In this document: piece after piece, positions 56,142-64,000 of the stretch
Numbering within the stretch: position 1 is the first letter of the stretch
Layout: the number at the start of each line of letters is the position of its first letter
Sequence record: MZ443771.1
Length of the DNA: 64,000 nt
Direction: 5' to 3' (one strand)
Position numbers and translations under genes: made by a program
Notes under the pieces: generated by a model
The model's input: only the letters and a program-made list of their open reading frames with translations
Database searches by the model: none
What the model was told of the DNA's origin: nothing

Positions 56142-57989
56142 TTAAGAGGCGATTGGGTCCTTGTTAACAGGGAAGTCTTCGGTCATGTCGAGCACACGAT
56201 TGAACAGCTTCGGTGCCATGTCCTTGACGTGTTCTGCGTAGTCAAACAGGTTCTGCTTACGCGCACGGTTCACACGCACCTGACGAACTTCATCTGGGCT
56301 GTTCGTGATATCGTACACTGTGTAGATAACGATGTTATCTGAGGCAGAGTGCGTACTGACCTTCAATACTACCCAGTCGCGTTTGAGTTTCGCATCTGCT
56401 CTGAATTGCAGCACGTCACCTTCTTCTGCTTCCTCGGCGCGATGCTGAGGAGTAGACTTGTTAGCGGCAGCAATCTTCTTCGCAGTCTCACGCGCTTCCT
56501 TCTCGGCAGCAGCAACGTCAGAGTCGGTATCTTCTTCGGCAGAGGTTTCATCTACCGCATCGGCGGCATCAGCATCCTCGTCCTCTGAGTCGCCATCTTC
56601 ACCTTCATCGTCAGTTGTTCCGTCGTCAGACTCGGCATCATCCACAGATCCATCGTCTTCGGAATCGTCTTCCCCATCTTCTGCATCATCAGCACCTGTA
56701 TCGCTATCGTCAGTGTCTTCTTCTGCATCTGGGTCTTCCTCTTCTTCGGGATCGACTTCTTCTTCGCCGTCAGTATCTTCCTCTTCAGGTTGAGGTGCAG
56801 GCTTCTTGCCTTTAGCGCGAACTTTAGGTGGCGGAGCGTCTTCTTCGTCGTCATCAGGCTCGTCAATGTCTGACAGGTCGAGTGCAGGTTCTTCATGGTC
56901 AGCAGAGTCATCGCCACCAAACAGAGAGCCTACAGAATCTTCGATGTTAAACACATCGCCTGAGAACGGACTACGTGCGAGAATGTCTTCCAGCTTCTGC
57001 TCGTCGAGGTCAAGATCGATTTCGACTTCTTCGATTGCGTCGTCCAGAATTTCTTCTTCAATGACACGCATACGCTTGCCACGTCTGTCCGTATTGTCCT
57101 CATAGACAGTACGCACTTCGGCTTTAGGAGCTTCAATTTCACCGCTACGCACTTTCGAGCGCAGGTCTTTCATCTCGGCAGCACGTTCCTGAGCTTTCTT
57201 ACGCGCTTCTTTCTGGAGTTCTTTGCGTTGTTGCTTCTGCTCCAGAACCTTAGCGTTGTTAGCGAGGCGTTGAGCTTCTTCCTCTTCTGCCTGACTGCGA
57301 CGACGAGCACGGCGTACTAACTTGCGATAGTTTTTGAGCGTGTCAACATCGACAGTACCTTTCGGCCAATCATTGAAAGGCAGGATGTTTGTATCATGCA
57401 CAATCAGATCGTACTGCGCGTCATCAACTTTCAGGAACAGACCGTCAGTGTTAATGACAACACCGCCTTTACCTGGGCGTAAGAAACGAACACCAATCAT
57501 GTCGTTCTTGTAGAGCTTCGTCATACCCTTTGAAGTCTTCACTGGGTATTCAGAGCTTGCCACCATGCGCCACTGGTAGTTATCGAAGTCAACACCGTAT
57601 ACGGCTTCTGACTTGACTTTACGCGGTGAGAATCTCGCAGCATCGAACTGCACACGGTTCAGTTGTCGCTGCATCGTTTGAGCACCGGCAACCTTTGTGC
57701 GCTTACCATCACGATTAACGACGTCAGGTACTTTACGCAGCTTCGACGCACGTTCCATCAAGAATAGGCCAGTGGCTTTATCAAGAGGGAAGTCAACGTG
57801 AGGCATATCTGGGAAAATAAGAGTGTAGCGACCGCCATTACGCAGCGGGAGAATACCGAAGATATCTCCGTCACGAATCATGCGCTTATGAGTTCGTTGG
57901 GATACTTCTTTTCCGCGTGAGCCTGTGTACTTCATCCACGCGTACTTCGATACGGCATCTTGATATGATGCGGATACGGAAAGTATCAT
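56142..57989 (-). CDS. Protein with two SH3-like paralogue domains, coiled coil and long acidic tract
   Basis: Likely start is MILSVS, 34 nt after GCTAATTT. AWMKYTG...GDIFGI domain plus a D/E-rich linker. Confidence 0.75.
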   Translation of the reverse strand: MILSVSASYQDAVSKYAWMKYTGSRGKEVSQRTHKRMIRDGDIFGILPLRNGGRYTLIFPDMPHVDFPLDKATGLFLMERASKLRKVPDVVNRDGKRTKVAGAQTMQRQLNRVQFDAARFSPRKVKSEAVYGVDFDNYQWRMVASSEYPVKTSKGMTKLYKNDMIGVRFLRPGKGGVVINTDGLFLKVDDAQYDLIVHDTNILPFNDWPKGTVDVDTLKNYRKLVRRARRRSQAEEEEAQRLANNAKVLEQKQQRKELQKEARKKAQERAAEMKDLRSKVRSGEIEAPKAEVRTVYEDNTDRRGKRMRVIEEEILDDAIEEVEIDLDLDEQKLEDILARSPFSGDVFNIEDSVGSLFGGDDSADHEEPALDLSDIDEPDDDEEDAPPPKVRAKGKKPAPQPEEEDTDGEEEVDPEEEEDPDAEEDTDDSDTGADDAEDGEDDSEDDGSVDDAESDDGTTDDEGEDGDSEDEDADAADAVDETSAEEDTDSDVAAAEKEARETAKKIAAANKSTPQHRAEEAEEGDVLQFRADAKLKRDWVVLKVSTHSASDNIVIYTVYDITNSPDEVRQVRVNRARKQNLFDYAEHVKDMAPKLFNRVLDMTEDFPVNKDPIAS

Positions 57990-58022
57990 GTTATTATCTC
58001 TATGTTGTACAAACACTCGTTG

Positions 58023-58030
58023 AAATTAGC
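58023..58030 (-). promoter_or_regulatory. GCTAATTT putative late promoter
   Basis: After a terminator, 34 nt upstream of ATG 57989. Confidence 0.6.
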
Positions 58031-58042
58031 TTGCGCAAGGGT

Positions 58043-58065
58043 AAAGCGGGGATTAACCCCCGCTT
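58043..58065 (-). terminator. Probable terminator
   Basis: AAGCGGGG/CCCCGCTT stem at the end of the 1377-aa gene, just before a GCTAATTT motif. Confidence 0.6.
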
Positions 58066-61000
58066 AAATATCCTCTAGCGGCACAGGACATAGAACCGCA
58101 AGATTCTTCACACACGGTGATCTGCGCCCACGTCCAGTAACCGTTAGGCTGCTGGATAGCATACACCACAGAAGGATCGAAGCCCCAGACTTGGGTAGCG
58201 TTCTGCAACGCTGCAAGTTCCGTAGCGAAATAGCCCTCTTCAAGAGGCTTATCAATCGAACCGTGGTTAGGCTCTACTGTCCACGCTTCAACTACAGGCG
58301 CTGTAACAGCATAGACCGTCGTGCTAGCTTTTCGTGTCTTCTGAATCTCAACACGAATAGGCTTAGGCGTAACAGGATTACCAACCTGACGAGCAACGCG
58401 AATCACTCTGTCAGTATTGACCTGCTGGCCTTCAAGCTGATCTGTTTTACCAGACTGACTTGACTGGATGAACTGCCCCTCAATCAGATGCCTGTAGACA
58501 GTAGACGTATCGACTGTTTGAGGGTCGAACGCTTCATGGTCTGCGGCAACTGCTTTGAGATGATAGAAGTCGCTCGGTGCCGGTGCTACTGGGTACTGAA
58601 CAGGCTCTTTCATCCACTGAGCATCTGCTGGTTCGTAGTGGTAGTATACCGGAGCTGGCATACGACGAACAAACGGAATCTCAGGAATAAACAACACAGC
58701 AGGGTGATAGATCGGGTCAACGTACTTAGCAGTGTGCGCATCTACTCGATACGTCACAGTTGCCGGTACCCACTGCGGTCTAGCCCAACCAATCTGATAC
58801 ACAGCACTTGGTGAAACGTACTTAGCATCAGTCATCTCCTGCCTGAACAGTCCACCAAGAGAGGCATTACGAGGCTCTGTTGGTCCAGCATAATACAGAC
58901 CGAGACCATCAACCTTATGCGGTGCAAGCGCATCAGCTTTATATGCAGCACTGTCCTTAGTGTAGCGTGGCAGAATCTGATCAGACTTCGCCTTGACTGA
59001 CGTGCGATACTCAGGGCTTCTCAAGTCGAAATACTGAGGCTCGTTGTCCAGATGTTCGATGAAGGTGTTGATGAACGTATCATTAACAACATACAGCGCT
59101 TCGGTGAAGTCTGGCCAGAACGTGTCGGCTACAACATCAGCACCTACCGTAGCTTCGAACAGTGGGAACTCGTCCTCGGTATCTTTCTGTCCTACAGTCA
59201 GTTCAAACAGTGGGAACGTGTCAGCAGTCAGCGCCTCAGTCTTATCGACAAACTCAGGCAAAGGCATTGTCGTAACAACGTCCTTCTGACCTTGAGTAAG
59301 TTCGAACAAGTCAAACTTGTCGAGCACGATATCAGACTGAGCAATCAGGTCGAACATGCGGAAGTTATCCACAAAGTCCTTGTTGCCTGTATCGAACTGA
59401 GGACCAGCAGCGTACTGAGCGTCTACAGCGCTACCTGTTTCGATAACGCGATTGATAGAGTCACCAATATGCGTCTGAGCATCAGAGAAGTCCAGCCACT
59501 GGAGTTGAGTGTCAAGCTCTGGGTCGTACACAGGTGTCAGGTTAACGCTGTGCGTACCTGCACTGATATACGTCGTATCAATAACGGTCACAGCCTCCGC
59601 AACAGCAGCAACATGCGTCACGTCAAAGATCTGCACAGAGTCAGTGGCATACGCAGTGTAGGACGGATCTACCGTCATGTCGTACAGCCAACCGAACGGT
59701 GCATTGCCGAACATCAGCGTATGAGGCTGATCGTGTGACGGCAACCCATAGATCTTGAGCATCGTGTCAGCACACTCAAACGGACCGATGACAAGGTCCT
59801 GCTCTTTGTATACACCACGCGAGTCAAGCTCTTGCACGACACGCACACCATCAACGTCCAGTAACATGCCAGCAGGAACTGTCATGTACGTCCAGAAGTT
59901 ATCTGGGATGTTGTCGATGAACAATGTGCCGCTATCACCCATGACATAACGCTCTGCGCGTTTAGTCGGTGCTGGTGTTCCTAACCATTGTGCGTCTGCC
60001 CACACGTACCATTCATAGCTGTACTGATCAGAGTGGAACTTGATCGTGTACTGCTTGTTTTCAGTAGGCGTGAACTTAATGCTGGTGGTTCCATCTACAG
60101 GCAGCGTGATGGTCTGACTGCCATTCGCAAACACAGCGTCAGTAGCAGTGATTGTCAGCGTCAGAGGAATCGTACCCGTGTTACGCAGCACATCAGACTG
60201 AACCAGTTTGCCGACAGGCATATACGCCCAATGGCGGCCAACGTCAATCTGTCCTTCAACTATCGTGAACAGACCGAAGCTGGAGCTGCCTTGACCTACG
60301 TGCACCTCGATGCGCGTTGTGTCGTTATTGTGCAGGACTTCAAAGCCGAGTTTCTGATTGTTGCGAATGAGCACAGGCATTGCTGTCTCTACACCATTCA
60401 CAAAGATCTTAACGCGGTCGTAATCTTCTACACCATCCACCAGCACACTGACAGGCACAGCAACGTTGATGCCACTGATAGTGACGTCTTCGGTGCGGTT
60501 CCATGTGTCGTTGTCGATGCCGAGAATGTTCTGCCACACGAATGGGTTTGGCGTATCATCAGCTTTCATCTCGAACTGATAGACAGATCGACCGATAGAA
60601 ATCGGGAACGATGTGCTGGTGATGTACGCGTGGCTTAACGTAATCGTGACTTCTTGCCCGTCATATACTTTCGTCACAGGCACGGTTGTCGTTGTTTCTA
60701 CAGGCACACCGTTAACGATATCAGTAGTGGTTTCTTCAATCGTTGCAGCGACAGTCACGCCGGCAGGAGCAGTGATAGGCAGACCAATATCAGGGTCTCC
60801 TGCATCTACTGTCACTTTGAACGTAACAGACGAACCCAAGTCGATAGCACTCAGGTCAGGCATGTTCACCGTGTAGTCACGAATAGCAAGATGTTTCAGA
60901 CCAGTAGTAGGACGCGCTGCGTAATAGAACAGGCGGTCATATGTGTCGTCTTGCTTGTATGGAGGTGTGATGAGTTCAACGTAAGGCCAACCAGAACGTG

Positions 61001-62186
61001 TCTGAGTAGGGCTGTCAGTCGAAGCGAAGTCAAACAGCGCATTGCTACCGTTCGTGTCCATACCAGCAACGAGTTTGCCGCCAGTATCTGTCCATGCAGC
61101 AGTCGTGTTAAACACAACAAGGTCGTTTGCAACAAGAGGACGCGCTGCAACGTTCTGCACGTTATCACGAAGGTTGAACTGGTAGATGTTCGTGCCGTCA
61201 TGCCCGAGAACAAGCACAGAGCTTGGAACAAATTGATACCAGAAAACGGACGCAGGCGCAGCAGAAGTATTGCCACCCACCAACTTACCGTCAAGTGTTG
61301 ACAGCACATCGTAACTGTCTGAGCCATTAACGTAAAACTGATCTGACTTAACAGACGTTTCAACGAAGCTGGCATTCAGGTAGTGCGCACGGCCATCAAG
61401 GTCAAACGCAACATAACTATCGACAGTGTTTGTGCCTACGCCAGCACGACGACACACAACGCGACTGACTTTGTAGCCGAGCTGTTTAGGTTCACCAAAC
61501 TGCGTCATCGCCTCATCCAGCACATCAACCTGACCAGACGTGTGGAAAACGACAGCGCTACGTTTACCTGTAGAGTCGTAACTGACTTTATAACCAGCGA
61601 TATCAACGTCATACATACCGCCGAACACTTTCGTATTCGATACATCACCATCAGTGTGAATGTAATACAGCATACGTGCTGCACGGTCGTGGACGATTGA
61701 AACAGGCTTGGTTAAATCGAAGAAGGTGGATTCGAAGTCCGAGAACTTCGCTACAGCCGATTGCTGCATGTCTTGAACAGTGGGGATGCGAACGCCACCG
61801 CCAAGCACAAGACCGCCATACGTAGGATTGATTGCAGCGCCCAAAGGCAACGCATCCATACCTTTTGTCACCAGACGATAGTCCAGCTCTTTCGTTTGCG
61901 GTCTAACAAAGATGCGCGACATAGAATGCACAAGCACCCACAAGTCACCGTCTTTGTAATACAACAAAACAGGCTGAGTAGCAGAGGCAGCAACCGTCAC
62001 GTTAGCCAGAAGACTAATCGGGTACACTGAACCTGAACTCGGTGCGATATCCTTTTCTGTGGTGGCATCAGCAAACGTACCGCCAACAACACGGAACGAT
62101 AGCGTGTCAGTATGACTAGCGATAGTGATATCGTTTTGCCACGACTGAGCACCAGTAGCTGATACAACAGGAATCATTTCAGCCAT
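58053..62186 (-). CDS. Large virion structural/fibre protein (1377 aa)
   Basis: Beta-propeller-like N-terminal half, a D.TP..F......V.ISGI..V.V..NG fibre domain, short internal repeats and a Cys-containing C-terminus. Confidence 0.7.
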   Translation of the reverse strand: MAEMIPVVSATGAQSWQNDITIASHTDTLSFRVVGGTFADATTEKDIAPSSGSVYPISLLANVTVAASATQPVLLYYKDGDLWVLVHSMSRIFVRPQTKELDYRLVTKGMDALPLGAAINPTYGGLVLGGGVRIPTVQDMQQSAVAKFSDFESTFFDLTKPVSIVHDRAARMLYYIHTDGDVSNTKVFGGMYDVDIAGYKVSYDSTGKRSAVVFHTSGQVDVLDEAMTQFGEPKQLGYKVSRVVCRRAGVGTNTVDSYVAFDLDGRAHYLNASFVETSVKSDQFYVNGSDSYDVLSTLDGKLVGGNTSAAPASVFWYQFVPSSVLVLGHDGTNIYQFNLRDNVQNVAARPLVANDLVVFNTTAAWTDTGGKLVAGMDTNGSNALFDFASTDSPTQTRSGWPYVELITPPYKQDDTYDRLFYYAARPTTGLKHLAIRDYTVNMPDLSAIDLGSSVTFKVTVDAGDPDIGLPITAPAGVTVAATIEETTTDIVNGVPVETTTTVPVTKVYDGQEVTITLSHAYITSTSFPISIGRSVYQFEMKADDTPNPFVWQNILGIDNDTWNRTEDVTISGINVAVPVSVLVDGVEDYDRVKIFVNGVETAMPVLIRNNQKLGFEVLHNNDTTRIEVHVGQGSSSFGLFTIVEGQIDVGRHWAYMPVGKLVQSDVLRNTGTIPLTLTITATDAVFANGSQTITLPVDGTTSIKFTPTENKQYTIKFHSDQYSYEWYVWADAQWLGTPAPTKRAERYVMGDSGTLFIDNIPDNFWTYMTVPAGMLLDVDGVRVVQELDSRGVYKEQDLVIGPFECADTMLKIYGLPSHDQPHTLMFGNAPFGWLYDMTVDPSYTAYATDSVQIFDVTHVAAVAEAVTVIDTTYISAGTHSVNLTPVYDPELDTQLQWLDFSDAQTHIGDSINRVIETGSAVDAQYAAGPQFDTGNKDFVDNFRMFDLIAQSDIVLDKFDLFELTQGQKDVVTTMPLPEFVDKTEALTADTFPLFELTVGQKDTEDEFPLFEATVGADVVADTFWPDFTEALYVVNDTFINTFIEHLDNEPQYFDLRSPEYRTSVKAKSDQILPRYTKDSAAYKADALAPHKVDGLGLYYAGPTEPRNASLGGLFRQEMTDAKYVSPSAVYQIGWARPQWVPATVTYRVDAHTAKYVDPIYHPAVLFIPEIPFVRRMPAPVYYHYEPADAQWMKEPVQYPVAPAPSDFYHLKAVAADHEAFDPQTVDTSTVYRHLIEGQFIQSSQSGKTDQLEGQQVNTDRVIRVARQVGNPVTPKPIRVEIQKTRKASTTVYAVTAPVVEAWTVEPNHGSIDKPLEEGYFATELAALQNATQVWGFDPSVVYAIQQPNGYWTWAQITVCEESCGSMSCAARGYLSGG

Positions 62187-62210
62187 TGTTCACCTCACGA
62201 TGCGGAAACT

Positions 62211-62233
62211 AAAAAGGGCGCCCGAAGGCACCC
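62211..62233 (-). terminator. Rho-independent terminator with UUCG loop
   Basis: GGGTGCC-TTCG-GGCGCCC followed by TTTTT. Confidence 0.85.
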
Positions 62234-62241
62234 TGTGAGGA

Positions 62242-63420
62242 TTAGGCTCCGGCGCCTTCTGGGGCTTTATAGCCTTTCAGGAAGAAGATACGCATACCAG
62301 TGTTGTTCGGACTGTTAGCAGTCAGAGCTTTATAGGTACGCTTCTTCGGCGTGCTGCCGTCATCTTCCATTTCGTTGTACACCTGCACGTCAATTTCGGT
62401 GCCGTTAGAAATAACGTCAGCAGACGCATAACCAACGATATCCATTTCGTACGGGTAGCTGTAACGCTGAGTGTTAAAGCCCGCAGGCAGACGGAAATCG
62501 AAGTGGTTATCTTCGGAGAACGGAACCATCTGATACGGGTTGATAACAGCAGAGCTATCAGCACTGTGTACGTGTGCTGGTGCTGGGATAGTTGGCGCGT
62601 TCACGTCAGATTCACGCACGGTGAAGCGCATGATCTGGAATGAACCAGGGCTGTACGTTACTGGGCGCACTTCGATATCGTTGTTGATTGAACCGCCACC
62701 GTTCACGCTGAACATACAGAACAGCGGAGCTTTGCCGTCAACGACAACAGTACCATCGGAGTTGATAGCACGTTGAACAACGAGCCACGCAGCACGGCAA
62801 CCATCAGAGTCACGACCTTCAACACCGATATGCAGAGCGAAGCCGTGGTCAGTGAAGGACAGGTGATACGTGAACGGAGTAGCTTCCGGGTCAGCCCAAA
62901 TCAGACTGTCTGGGTTAGTCTGACCTGCGGTAGCGGTAGTGGCGTTCGTTGGGTAAGCCATAGTACCACCGTAATAAACGGAGGTGTTTGGGCCCACGAC
63001 ACCACGATGATAGAAGCACACATCGTTATCGCCAGCAGCACCTTGGTTGCCAGTGAAACGCGCACCAATCTGACCAGCGTACTCAGGTACACCAGAAGCG
63101 TTGATAGCAGCAGAACCGGTCTTAGCAACAGTGCCTGTGTCAGAAATCTGCTCAGGTGCAGCACAGAACAGGTTAGTACGCTTCTCTGTACCCTTCATCG
63201 CTAAACGCCAGCGTTGTTTACCAACACCAGTACCAGCCAGTGGGTCGATAGTAGCGGTAGCTTCTACGACGAACGACGCAAGGTCAGTCGTTGGCAGAGA
63301 GGACGCGATAGTTCCGTTGTAGCTCACCAGCTGGAAGCCGTTAGCGATCATGTCCTCAAGGATTGAACGCCACATCTTCAAGTTGCTGGTGAAACCAGAT
63401 TTAACAATCAGTTTGTTCAT
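62242..63420 (-). CDS. Virion structural protein, paralogue family member
   Basis: 392 aa with biased codons. Shares TDHG.ALH, W.VVQR, PLF..FS and NTQRY with the next gene. Confidence 0.8.
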   Translation of the reverse strand: MNKLIVKSGFTSNLKMWRSILEDMIANGFQLVSYNGTIASSLPTTDLASFVVEATATIDPLAGTGVGKQRWRLAMKGTEKRTNLFCAAPEQISDTGTVAKTGSAAINASGVPEYAGQIGARFTGNQGAAGDNDVCFYHRGVVGPNTSVYYGGTMAYPTNATTATAGQTNPDSLIWADPEATPFTYHLSFTDHGFALHIGVEGRDSDGCRAAWLVVQRAINSDGTVVVDGKAPLFCMFSVNGGGSINNDIEVRPVTYSPGSFQIMRFTVRESDVNAPTIPAPAHVHSADSSAVINPYQMVPFSEDNHFDFRLPAGFNTQRYSYPYEMDIVGYASADVISNGTEIDVQVYNEMEDDGSTPKKRTYKALTANSPNNTGMRIFFLKGYKAPEGAGA

Positions 63421-63439
63421 GAGTTGTTGTCCCCTTTAA

Positions 63440-64000
63440 TTAAGCCGCGTCGCCAGTGCCGATAGGAAGCATCAGACGCATACCACGGTTGTCTTTACCG
63501 TTAGCGTTCATGCCCAGGTATTTGGTTTTGTTCGTCGCTTTCAGAGGGTTCAACTGAACTTCTGAGCCAGCAGAGAGAACATCAGCAGAGGTGTAACCCA
63601 GCATGTCCAGTGTAGCGAAGTACACATAGCGCTGAGTGTTGATCATCTGCGGGAACAGAACGATAGCACGGTTGCCCTCTGCGATCATAACCTGCTGGAG
63701 CGGGTTAATGATAGGTGCAGTGTCCGGAGTAGGCTGCACAGCAGACTTAGGCTCGGTAGCAGCGAAGATACCCTCTTCGATTACAGTGTAGCGCAGAGCA
63801 GCTTCTGGCTTGAGCGTATCAGGGTCGCCAGCAAGGCCGCCACCGCAAGAGAAGATAGCAAACAGCGGGCTATGATCGCCTGGGGTAGTATCGCCAGCTT
63901 GTACGCCACGCTGAACAACGAACCAGCTAAACGCTGTACCTTTGTTGTCGAAACCTTCTGCGTTGATATGCAGAGCGATGCCGTGGTCGGTTGTGATGAA
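63440..64000 (-). CDS. Virion structural protein paralogue, 5' end outside the window
   Basis: Frame is open to position 64000 (FITTDHGIALHINAEG...). Confidence 0.8.
   Translation of the reverse strand, partial: FITTDHGIALHINAEGFDNKGTAFSWFVVQRGVQAGDTTPGDHSPLFAIFSCGGGLAGDPDTLKPEAALRYTVIEEGIFAATEPKSAVQPTPDTAPIINPLQQVMIAEGNRAIVLFPQMINTQRYVYFATLDMLGYTSADVLSAGSEVQLNPLKATNKTKYLGMNANGKDNRGMRLMLPIGTGDAA

Noticed and set aside
58053-58070. C-terminal di-glycine (LSGG; also RRGG in 38258..39103) suggesting ubiquitin-like conjugation
   Set aside because: Neither protein shows a beta-grasp domain and there are no E1/E2/JAB genes in the window. Probably chance.
1-64000. Stop-codon reassignment or diversity-generating retroelement
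   Set aside because: Genes tile the window intact under the standard code. I saw no reverse transcriptase or TR/VR-like repeat pair.

Overview
This window is the virion morphogenesis region of a large lytic contractile-tailed (myovirus-type) phage. Every credible gene is on the minus strand. In window order it holds: fibre and collagen-like fibre genes; a four-gene envelope module; T4-like baseplate genes (gp6/gp25/PAAR/gp5/gp27/gp53/gp48 analogues); a tail lysin/tape-measure-like protein; two tail tube paralogues and the sheath; major capsid, acidic scaffold and prohead protease; a GT2-TPR glycosyltransferase; an NAD-dependent DNA ligase; and further structural paralogues. Thymidylate kinase, an MmcB-like nuclease and a NUDIX hydrolase sit in a block between the gp5-like spike and PAAR genes. 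Gene content suggests the 'hairy' enterobacterial jumbo myoviruses (Erwinia Y3/Alexandra, Dickeya AD1/JA-like). That placement is an inference from memory, not a database result. The main observations are: (1) a ~1.25 kb gene-free, stem-rich interval whose wobble pairs and terminator point to a large minus-strand structured RNA; (2) a splicing-competent-looking Hint/mini-intein at the tip of a collagen fibre; (3) Thr-rich collagens plus a GT2-TPR enzyme, suggesting virion glycosylation; (4) a periplasmic-sensor-like envelope module; (5) a recurrent GCTAATTT promoter-like motif; (6) a recurrent S-x-S peptide motif that may mark protease cleavage or head packaging. All family assignments come from motif recognition by eye.
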